Assembly: GCA_052426225.1 (NCBI GenBank)
Contig: JBNJNM010000015.1
Location: 434,001-498,000 of the forward strand
Source: Zancudomyces culisetae HAW-14-8
Lineage: Eukaryota > Fungi > Kickxellomycota
Reading direction: 5' to 3'
DNA: 64,000 nucleotides
The position numbers were made by a program, and so were the translations under genes. Below are positions 38,141-47,142 of the stretch, in pieces (position 1 is the stretch's first letter; each line of letters opens with the position of its first letter). Under the pieces are notes generated by a model. That model saw only the letters and a program-made list of their open reading frames with translations. It was not told where the DNA came from and did not search any database.

Positions 38141-38507
38141 TGTCGTATAGTACAATAGTACTATGTTTTAGTTTAGTTTTGTTTATTTTAGTATATTTTT
38201 TAGTTCAATTTTATAAAGTTATTTTAGATAGGTTTTATTGGCTAAAATTACGTAAAGGAAAAACAATGAAAATTGAATCCCTATAATCGTAATTAGTTTT
38301 TATTTAAGGTTTGGTAGAGTTTTTGGTGAGAGTTTTATCTATCAGATTTTTTGGTTCACATTAATAAATATTAGATTCTAATCACTCAATATATCAGTAC
38401 AAGTTAATCTTTAAGTGGTATTAGTTATCAAGGATAATACTTACTTAGAGTTACAAATTATATTGTTTTTACATTAGGTATAAATAAAATTTCTTTATTA
38501 TACGACA
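38141..38507 (+). repeat. 5' LTR (367 bp)
   Basis: TGTCGTATA...TATACGACA 9-bp terminal inverted repeat; matches 42857-43223 with no differences seen by eye. Confidence 0.97.
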
Positions 38508-38508
38508 G

Positions 38509-38528
38509 TGGTGCCTTCTGTCGGAATC
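38509..38528 (+). promoter_or_regulatory. Primer binding site TGGTGCCTTCTGTCGGAATC
   Basis: Starts 1 nt after the 5' LTR; reverse complement GATT-CCGAC-AGAAGGC-A-CCA is a T-loop/T-stem/acceptor/discriminator/CCA tRNA 3' end. Confidence 0.9.
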
Positions 38529-38549
38529 TACATCGATACTAATTGAATC

Positions 38550-41500
38550 ATGGACAAAGTCACTACATTCGAAAGTGGGAAAGGAATAAACGCCGAGGAC
38601 TGGCTTGAGGACTTTCAACTAATTGCGAAGATTAACAAGTGGGACCCTGAGGATTGGGTCGGGTTAGTTAAGTTGTGGCTAGGCAAGTCTGAAACAATCT
38701 GGTATAAGAGGAACAAGAATAGTTTCACGTCGTGGGAAATATATACTAAGGAGTTCAAAAAGAAATATAGTACAGTGTTTTCTACTAGTGGAGCATGGAC
38801 CAGACTTGGAACAATCAAACGAGCAGAGTTTGAAAGTCTGGAGGAGCTAGAAATGGAATTGGAAAAGTTATGGAAACAAGTAGGAATCAAGGAAGAGGTG
38901 ACTAAACTTGGTTCACTGGTTAGTACGTTCTCAGATGATATTAGGGAAAGACTTTCAGATAAGGAAGGTTTAGATAGAGAAGCGGTACTTAAGTTAGTGG
39001 CTAAGTTGGAACAAAGTACAAATTGTAGGAGGGATATACAGGCAGCAATTAAGAGTAGTAAGCCAACTACTAAGAACGCTGCTACCCGGTCAGGCAAGTC
39101 GGTAAAAGAATTGACTACGGAAGCTGGGCAGTTTGGAGAGTTTCTCAAAACCTTTCAAGAGCTTAGTGTCAGCCTCTTGGAAAAGTTAGATCAAACGGTT
39201 GCTTCAACTAAAAAGTGGGGAAGTCAAGCAAAGGTGGAACGTGCAAGCACATGGGAGTGTTATTATTGTCATGAGAAAGGTCACCGGAAGTTTGAATGTC
39301 CACGGTTTCAAAAGGAGCACGAGGAAAAGAAAGTCAATTTTTTATCCATAGGTACTGAACCTACTGAAGTAGACGAAGTACTTATGGTAGAAAAAAGAAA
39401 AGCAACGGATGCGGCTGGTCGAGTTGGAAGACCAGCTAAGATTAGAAATACGGGAGACATGGACGCACAGGAGCTTCGGGCGGAGAGAGTCACCCAACCG
39501 GAGTCAGGAACGATTGATAGAGTGAAAAAGTTCAATTTGAGGGAAGAGTTGGAGAAAGTCTATCCAAAAATTAGCATGATTCAATTACTTCAAAATTCGG
39601 AAAAAATTGCACAGGATTGGAAAAACATAGTTGAAGTTTCACCGCAGACCGCCCTAAACGAGATAAGAATCCAGGAAAAAGCTACTACAAACTGTAGTAT
39701 GACGGTTGAGATTTACCAGTTACAGTGGAAAGCGGTGGTAGACACAGGGGCGGCATGCTCTGTGATTACTACAGGTGCTTTGAACAAGATTGGTTTGGAG
39801 CCTAACATGAAGAGTTCGCACGTTATTATAACAGCGGACGGGAAACGTCATGAAACTCTAGGTGTGGTGTCAGGTGTACCAATTATGATTAGTAAAATTG
39901 AGTTCGTAGCATCATTGGTGGTGTTGGGAAATATGTCACCAACAATAATATTAGGTATGGATTGGCTTTTAAAACATAAAGCCAGTCTAAATCTAGCAGT
40001 GCCAGAACTAAGATTACCTGTGGATAGAGCAGAAGTGGTAACACCACTAGTTACTACCAAAGAAGCACATACTGTAGAGGAAACCTGGGATTTATATTTT
40101 TTCACGGAATCACCAACAGGAATACAAGGTGATGGTGTAGCAGGTTTAGAGGCCTTGATCCAGGACTATAACGAATTATTTGTAGATGATATCGACAAGT
40201 TAAAGCAAACAAATGTAGCCGAGCACAGGATAGTACTCACGGATAACAGGCCAATTAAGCAAAGACCGTACAGGATACCGTTTCGTCTACAAGAAAAAGT
40301 AGGAAAAGAAATAGATAGGATGTTAGAGCAAAATGTAATTGCACCTAGTAACTCCGAGTGGTGCTCGCCGGTGGTGGTTGTCCAGAAGAAAAACGGTAAA
40401 CTGCGCATCTGCGCAGATTATAGGAAGTTAAACGCAGTTACAGTCAAAGATTCATACCCACTACCGATTATTCAGGATTTGTTTATGGCCTTGGCTGGTG
40501 CGTGCATCTTTACTACTTTAGATGCACTCAGCGGCTTTTGGCAAATAAAAATGTCAGAAGAAGACCGAGAAAAGACGTCATTCGCGTTGCCGGGAGGGGG
40601 GAGTTACCACTATAACGTCATGCCTTTCGGTTTGACAAATAGCCCTTCCACTTTCCAAAGAACAATGGAAACTGTGTTGAAAAAAGTTCTATGGAAGAAG
40701 GCAGTTGTTTTTGTTGACGACATAATCGTCTTTTCAAAAAGTGCAAGCAGTCATGTAGAAGATCTTAAGGAAGTTTTAGAATTATTAAAACAAGGCCAGA
40801 TACAGTTGCATAAAGATAAATGCAATATAGGGTTAACAGAAATTGATTATTTGGGTCATGTTATTTCGGGTGAAGGTATTGCAACTAGTTCAACAAAAAT
40901 TGAAGCCATTTCAAAGTTAAAGTCACCGACATGCATAAAAGAAGTTCAGTCATTTTTGGGGATGACAGGTTATTATCGTAAGTTTATTGAAAAATATGCT
41001 ATAATAGCTAACCCACTAACTGCGTTATTAAAGAAAGGAATAAAGTGGAACTGGGGAAAATCTCAAGAAGAAGCATTTTTAGAGTTGAAAAAAGCGATGA
41101 CGGAAGCCCCAGTGCTTGCGCACCCAAATTGGGATTATTCTTTTGTGGTTACGACGGACGCTGCAGTTAGTGGAGTTGGAGCAATACTATCACAAGTTAT
41201 TGAAGGAAAAGAAAGACCAGTGGAGTATGCAAGTAGAACAACCAGTAATGCAGAGAAAAATTATTCGATCAGTCACTTGGAGGGGTTGGCGGTTGTCTGG
41301 GCCGTTAAAAAGTTTAAGTTTTATTTATATGGTAGGAAGTTTGTAATAAAAACCGATCATAAAGCATTATTAAATATGTTTAACGGCGAAGAATTAAGTG
41401 GAAGGCTAGCTAGATGGGCTATGTTTCTTAGAAGTTACGAATTCGATATAGAGCATATACCAGGGAAGGTCAATCCTGCTGACCATTTATCTCGAAGTAG

Positions 41501-42845
41501 TCTGATAGAAACAACTGAGGAAGAATCAATTGAAGTCTACAACATTTGGGTAAACGAAGAAAATTTAGTTAGGCAATTTTTATTAGATGGAACACTGCCA
41601 CAAGACGTTTCAGAAGAGTTAGCTGAAAAAATAAAGAAAAAATCTAAGTCATACAAGCAGGTGGATGGCAAAATATACAGGTGGGTTAAGGGACAATTAA
41701 AAGAAGTTTTGACGGCTGAAGAGAGTATAGATATGATCAAGAAGGTTCACGACGATACACACGAGGGTATCGAAAACACTTGGGTAAGAGTAAGCAGAAA
41801 TCATTATGCTAAAGGATTGTACAAGCAGGTAGTGGACTATGTTAAGCGGTGTCATGTTTGTCAAGTTTTCAAGGATGGAAGAAGTCGTAAACACCCGTTG
41901 GTACCAGTGCATGCAGTCAAGCCGTTCGAAATATTCGGTATGGACGCTATCGGTCCTATCAATCCTATTTCAGAGTCAGGAAATCGTTATATTCTAACAG
42001 CTATAGATTATTGCACGAAATGGCCGATAGCCATTCCCGTAGACAACTTGTTAAGTGAAACTATAGTAGACTTTATAATAAACAATATCGTTACTTACTA
42101 CGGTGTACCACAGAAGATAATAACAGATAGGGGTTCGAGCTTTGTCAGCAACGTTACTACCGAGGTATTCAACTGGTTACAGCTGGACCACAGTCCTACC
42201 ACTTCATACCGTCCGCAGAGCAACGGACAGTGTGAAAGATTGAACAAGACGTTAGTAAATTTGTTACAGAAGATATGTAGGAAAGACAAAAATAATTGGG
42301 ATCGTTACCTGTGGAAGGTGTTACTCATCATGAGAACTATGGAGAGCAAGAGTACTGGTTATACACCCGCCGAGATGATGTACGGAACCGAAATGTGCAT
42401 TCCCTCGACTTGGAAATCTAATGGTGTAATTGAAGATGAAGTTGAACAAGTTAAAAGTAGATTGGAGCTAATGAAGAGTAACTTACCGCAAATAAGAAAA
42501 ATCGGGGTTCGCAAAGCTGTAGCAGCAAAAGAATCTGAAAAAGTAAGATATAATAAAACCGTTAAATTTACAAAATTTCAAGTTGGAGAAAAAGTGTTAA
42601 AGTTAGTAGAGTATGAAAGAGGAAAGCTTGAAAGTTTATGGGAAGGCCCATATACAGTTATGAAAAGGTTTACTAAGGGGGCTTACTTAATCTCAGATCA
42701 GTTCGGAAATAGAGATTTAGTCAACGGAGACTTGCTAAAGAAGTACCATGAATCTAAATTTATGATTCCCGAAATTTCAAATCGACTTCGACCTAAGTTA
42801 CTTACCTTTAAACAGGCTCAAAATAATGAGGGCATTATCGCCTAA
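38550..42845 (+). CDS. Gag-Pol polyprotein (Gag, zinc knuckle, protease, RT, RNase H, integrase with GPY/F), 1431 aa
   Basis: CYYCHEKGHRKFEC knuckle; AVVDTGA protease; RT motifs LRICADYRKLN, MPFGLTNSP and FVDD; RNase H TDAA; integrase HHCC, MDAIG, TDRGSSF, PQSNGQCER, WEGPY; PR-RT-RH-IN order is Gypsy. Confidence 0.97.
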   Translation: MDKVTTFESGKGINAEDWLEDFQLIAKINKWDPEDWVGLVKLWLGKSETIWYKRNKNSFTSWEIYTKEFKKKYSTVFSTSGAWTRLGTIKRAEFESLEELEMELEKLWKQVGIKEEVTKLGSLVSTFSDDIRERLSDKEGLDREAVLKLVAKLEQSTNCRRDIQAAIKSSKPTTKNAATRSGKSVKELTTEAGQFGEFLKTFQELSVSLLEKLDQTVASTKKWGSQAKVERASTWECYYCHEKGHRKFECPRFQKEHEEKKVNFLSIGTEPTEVDEVLMVEKRKATDAAGRVGRPAKIRNTGDMDAQELRAERVTQPESGTIDRVKKFNLREELEKVYPKISMIQLLQNSEKIAQDWKNIVEVSPQTALNEIRIQEKATTNCSMTVEIYQLQWKAVVDTGAACSVITTGALNKIGLEPNMKSSHVIITADGKRHETLGVVSGVPIMISKIEFVASLVVLGNMSPTIILGMDWLLKHKASLNLAVPELRLPVDRAEVVTPLVTTKEAHTVEETWDLYFFTESPTGIQGDGVAGLEALIQDYNELFVDDIDKLKQTNVAEHRIVLTDNRPIKQRPYRIPFRLQEKVGKEIDRMLEQNVIAPSNSEWCSPVVVVQKKNGKLRICADYRKLNAVTVKDSYPLPIIQDLFMALAGACIFTTLDALSGFWQIKMSEEDREKTSFALPGGGSYHYNVMPFGLTNSPSTFQRTMETVLKKVLWKKAVVFVDDIIVFSKSASSHVEDLKEVLELLKQGQIQLHKDKCNIGLTEIDYLGHVISGEGIATSSTKIEAISKLKSPTCIKEVQSFLGMTGYYRKFIEKYAIIANPLTALLKKGIKWNWGKSQEEAFLELKKAMTEAPVLAHPNWDYSFVVTTDAAVSGVGAILSQVIEGKERPVEYASRTTSNAEKNYSISHLEGLAVVWAVKKFKFYLYGRKFVIKTDHKALLNMFNGEELSGRLARWAMFLRSYEFDIEHIPGKVNPADHLSRSSLIETTEEESIEVYNIWVNEENLVRQFLLDGTLPQDVSEELAEKIKKKSKSYKQVDGKIYRWVKGQLKEVLTAEESIDMIKKVHDDTHEGIENTWVRVSRNHYAKGLYKQVVDYVKRCHVCQVFKDGRSRKHPLVPVHAVKPFEIFGMDAIGPINPISESGNRYILTAIDYCTKWPIAIPVDNLLSETIVDFIINNIVTYYGVPQKIITDRGSSFVSNVTTEVFNWLQLDHSPTTSYRPQSNGQCERLNKTLVNLLQKICRKDKNNWDRYLWKVLLIMRTMESKSTGYTPAEMMYGTEMCIPSTWKSNGVIEDEVEQVKSRLELMKSNLPQIRKIGVRKAVAAKESEKVRYNKTVKFTKFQVGEKVLKLVEYERGKLESLWEGPYTVMKRFTKGAYLISDQFGNRDLVNGDLLKKYHESKFMIPEISNRLRPKLLTFKQAQNNEGIIA

Positions 42846-42856
42846 AGGGGGAGTGC
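42844..42856 (+). promoter_or_regulatory. Polypurine tract
   Basis: AAAGGGGGAG(TGC) immediately before the 3' LTR, overlapping the pol stop codon. Confidence 0.88.
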
Positions 42857-43223
42857 TGTCGTATAGTACAATAGTACTATGTTTTAGTTTAGTTTTGTTT
42901 ATTTTAGTATATTTTTTAGTTCAATTTTATAAAGTTATTTTAGATAGGTTTTATTGGCTAAAATTACGTAAAGGAAAAACAATGAAAATTGAATCCCTAT
43001 AATCGTAATTAGTTTTTATTTAAGGTTTGGTAGAGTTTTTGGTGAGAGTTTTATCTATCAGATTTTTTGGTTCACATTAATAAATATTAGATTCTAATCA
43101 CTCAATATATCAGTACAAGTTAATCTTTAAGTGGTATTAGTTATCAAGGATAATACTTACTTAGAGTTACAAATTATATTGTTTTTACATTAGGTATAAA
43201 TAAAATTTCTTTATTATACGACA
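42857..43223 (+). repeat. 3' LTR (367 bp)
   Basis: Same length and sequence as the 5' LTR; followed by TSD TTTA. Confidence 0.97.
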
Positions 43224-43230
43224 TTTAGCA

Positions 43231-43303
43231 GCCCGGCTAGCTCAATCGGTAGAGCGTGAGACTCTTAATCTCAAGGTTGCGGGTTCGACCCCCGCGTTGG
43301 GCT
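43231..43303 (+). tRNA. tRNA-Lys (CTT)
   Basis: 73 nt GCCCGGC..GTTGGGC-T; A box TAGCTCAATCGG; anticodon arm TGAGA-CTCTTAA-TCTCA; B box GGTTCGACCCC; T5 terminator. Confidence 0.97.
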
Positions 43304-44374
43304 TCACTTTTGCCTTTGTTTGCTCCATCTTGCACTCGGTTTTTTTCTTAAACATGATATATTTTGGTTTTATAGCTATTTTATTTTAAAGTAAATCCAA
43401 ATCTTCATGAATTTTTAATTTGGTATTTTCCATGCTTATCTCTGATCGTGCTCGTTTTTGAGCCATAACTTGGAGGGTTTGGAAACTTTTGGTTCTATTT
43501 CTTTTTTTTTCTGTAACTCATTGTCTGATTTAACAATTACCGCCAATATGAAAAATCAGCAAAAAGAAAAAACTACCGCTCAAGAGCGAGGGATGCTTCT
43601 CAAGTACATATTAACATTTGCTTTGAGAATTTTGGTAGGTTTTTGATTATACTTTTTCCATATATTAAACGCTTAAATTCAAACACCACTTAGTTCTTGC
43701 ACACAAAACAAAAGCCACCCCACTCTAATTTGTTGTTTGTAATATTTATAAGCTTCAAACAATAATGAAGAGCGCATAGTAAAAAGAAAAAAATAAGCGC
43801 ACCCGTTCCACACTTTAGATTTGAGTTTATACTTAATCGTCTTTTTTTTTTCCCTTATTTAGGTGTTTCATAATATTTCTCGAAAACTTAGTTTGGGCAA
43901 ATAGCAGATGGCTAGAACCACAAAGTTAGGTAAATAATCATAAACAAATCCACATTAACCAGTGCAGGATGGTGGGTTCGTTTCCAAAATTACATAAAAA
44001 TAGTTACCCCATCATACTTCCAATTCCATCTTAATATTTTACCCACAAAATTGATTAATAAAATTTTTTTTTGATGGAATTAAGATTTTGAAAACACCTT
44101 ACAAAGGGTTAGAGTATCAAACACCTGCCAATAAGGTCAAGATAACACCCGATTTTTCAGAGTTGGTTTGTAATGCTCACAACCCAATCATCTCATTACT
44201 AGAATTCTTATTTTTCACTAATGCTTATTTTTTTTTGTGATCAACATTAACAGTACAAAATCAAAGAAAAAAAAAGTATATAACAGCCCAATTCAGGCAT
44301 TGAAGTTTCCACTTCTAACCTAAAAAGAAAAATGTTTGCAAGAATTCACAAAATACTAGAAATAATACCAAAAT

Positions 44375-45031
44375 ATGGCGCAGAAAAAGGATTGGATCGA
44401 TGTCACTGGAGATACTCCTAAATATGACTTGAGTCACTTCTCATACCCAGACTATTACTCTGAGGATATTGCCAGTATCCTTCTGCCAAATGGTCTGATT
44501 TTGAGTCGCATTGACAAGTTAGCTCGAACAATAGTAAGTAGGTATGACAAACATTTGGTGGTATGCTGTATCCTTAAAGGCGGATACCAATTCTTTTCGG
44601 ATCTTTCCACTGCTCTGAAAAAGTATGCGCTGATCGATGGAAAAAATATAACCTTTTCAGAACACTTTGTCAGAATTCAAAGCTACAACAATGATCAGTC
44701 AACAGGAAATGTTAGAATCTCAATGTCCGAGGAGCAGCTCCGTGATCTTGAAGGAAAAGACGTTCTGATTGTTGAAGATCTGATTGATACAGGCGCAAGC
44801 ATGGTAGCATTATCCGAGTTCCTCAAGGACTACAACTTGAAATCCATGAGTGTTGCATCTCTGTTGGTAAAAGACACTGTCCGCTCAAACGGGTTCACCC
44901 CAGAGTATGTTGGATTTTTGGTGCCAGATCACTTTATTATAGGCTATTGTATTGATTATAATGATATGTTCAGAGAATTGAATCATGTATGCACCATTAG
45001 CGAAGTTGGAAAAAAAAAGTACGCTAAATGA
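44375..45031 (+). CDS. HPRT: Hypoxanthine-guanine phosphoribosyltransferase (218 aa)
   Basis: CILKGGYQFFSDL, SYNNDQSTG, PRPP loop VLIVEDLIDTG, VASLLVK, FIIGYCIDYNDMFRELNHV. Confidence 0.93.
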   Translation: MAQKKDWIDVTGDTPKYDLSHFSYPDYYSEDIASILLPNGLILSRIDKLARTIVSRYDKHLVVCCILKGGYQFFSDLSTALKKYALIDGKNITFSEHFVRIQSYNNDQSTGNVRISMSEEQLRDLEGKDVLIVEDLIDTGASMVALSEFLKDYNLKSMSVASLLVKDTVRSNGFTPEYVGFLVPDHFIIGYCIDYNDMFRELNHVCTISEVGKKKYAK

Positions 45032-46151
45032 GTGTATTGTAGTTCTCTTTTCTGTTCTTTTGATCCTTTTTATTCTTTAGTCATGGTTTTTATTTTTCGA
45101 AAGAAAATGAAATAAATAGGATCATAGTTAAACTCAGTTTAAAGAATCAAATACATTTGAATCATTGACTTGTTTGAGTTCACTATTGTGGGTTGATGAT
45201 TTGTTCATGACTATAATCTAATAATTTTATGTTTTTTTTTTCGTGAGAATAGTTTGCTAGTATCCAAGTACAAGAGTACGGAGTAATTGTTAAACTATAT
45301 CATTAGGAAACTAGTCTAAATATGTACCAAAAGTAACAACACAAATACATAATTACCCAAACTAAGTATCAAACACATACCATATCACGTTGAATAGAAT
45401 ACGCTAGATAACAGTGCATCGCTGTCCCACAGTGTGGCGTGCGTCAATGGATGCTCAACCGATCTATGCCACCTTCCTGAATCAATATATATATGTTATA
45501 AAACTAGTTTGTTATTATTGGTATTTGTGGGGGGGGGGGGGTTTTTTACTACTTTTAATGGATCGTTGCTTTATAAAAATCAATCACTGAAATTCGTATA
45601 ATAGGAGTGAATAATGGTTGATATTAATTCTGCATTTATTGTAAGCAGCAAAGCTATTTCTAAAAGTATCATCCTAAAACTTTATAATGTACCACTATTG
45701 CTGTTATAATCATAGATTACATCAAAACCACCACTATTTTATTTGATTCGTGTGCATGGGGGTAATTTTCATATCATATTTCTCGTATAATTGAAGATTA
45801 ATTCAAAAAATATAAAACATATATAATTCTAAACCGAGTGTATGATATTTTGTATAAAATCTTGTACCATATATAAAATACCTAATATTGTTATATGTAA
45901 TAACTAATCAAGGTTCAACTAAAGCTATAAAAATTATGTAGAAATTTTTTTACAGATTTTAATATTGCTCAAGGAATAGATAGTTTTTCCTAAAATAAAT
46001 TCTAAATGTTAAAGCTTACACAATGTTAGATTACATATACATTACTTTTAGATCTCAATACCTAAAAATACGACCACAATCTGCAATAATAGATCAAAAT
46101 TGAGACAAAAAATGTTTTTATAAAACATGGCTATAGTTTTAAAAAAAAATG

Positions 46152-46233
46152 GTCAGTGTGTCCGAGCGGTTAAGGAGATAGACTTGAAATCTATTGGGCT
46201 ATGCCCGCACAGGTTCAAATCCTGTCGCTGACG
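46152..46233 (+). tRNA. tRNA-Ser (TGA)
   Basis: 82 nt; acceptor GTCAGTG/CGCTGAC-G; anticodon arm ATAGA-CTTGAAA-TCTAT; variable arm GGGC-TAT-GCCC; B box GGTTCAAATCC; T-run terminator. Confidence 0.96.
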
Positions 46234-47142
46234 TACCTTTTTCGCTTTTTTCCTCTATATATTATTACATCTTGTATCATTATTTTGTTTAATACATTTT
46301 ACATTATTTTTCTTAGGATTTATTGTGCTATAGTAGTTGGGCACTAAATTCGTAAATGCTGTTATATAAAATTATCGAGAAATAAAATATATTGCTTGTG
46401 ATTGTGCAAATTTCGGGTTTAGACAATTTCCGTCTTTGATACGTACACTCACCACTTGACAGCTTTTTGAAATTTTGTTTTAAATAAAATGGTTTTGATG
46501 GAAGTGCTAAGCACTGCGCAATCTGACTATAAGAAAGGACGTCTCTTGTGTAACATTCAATGCCTCTTTTAAAAAGCATTGCCTGTTTATACATCCCTTC
46601 GGCGAAATAGATTCCAGCGACCCGGCTTCCAAAACATCAAAGATGCAGTGAATTGGCCAAAGTCCATTAATCTTGCAAAATTATTAAATAATAAAGCCAT
46701 AAAAAATTATTAACCACTACTGAGAAGTGGAAAATAGAGTGTAAGGCTGCTTGATAATATTTCCAGCTAAAGGCGAGATTCGTTTGCTTTTATACCTTAT
46801 TTTTCGCACCTGTTTTTTCTCTGTGTTCTAATTAGATAGTATGTTAGTTTCAGTTTATTCAAATCACTATCATTGGACATACCTACAATCTTCCCTAGAT
46901 AAAATTTTCAGCACTAAACTTATGGGATGTATTTTAAATAAAGATTATTTTTTTATGTACTATTTACTTCTAGCATTCATGCATGATTTTTAATAGCATT
47001 GTGATCTCAGCCTCTCTTTTCTTTCAGTAAAACGTTTACTATTATAATTAGTCAAGCCAGCTAGGGTTTATTTTTAAAGATATTTTATATAAAAACGCTA
47101 TGGTAATAAGAAATATAACCCATTTCTACTGATTTGAAACAT

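Larger units (their letters stand above)
38141..43223 (+). mobile_element. Full-length Ty3/Gypsy LTR retrotransposon (5,083 bp)
   Basis: Direct LTRs 38141-38507 and 42857-43223 (TG..CA); TSD TTTA at 38137-38140 and 43224-43227; PBS, PPT and a single gag-pol ORF. Confidence 0.98.

Noticed and set aside
34959-43223. ARS2 (RNA silencing/processing factor) adjacent to the retrotransposon as a linked defence system
   Set aside because: The insertion position is explained by the tRNA gene; ARS2 is a conserved housekeeping gene, so adjacency is likely coincidental
46152-46233. Possible tRNA-Sec
   Set aside because: The anticodon is TGA (Ser), not TCA, and the 7/5 acceptor/T-stem is canonical
46328-46680. 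88-aa ORF and mildly GC-rich patch after tRNA-Ser
   Set aside because: No recognisable domain or RNA motif; could not be supported
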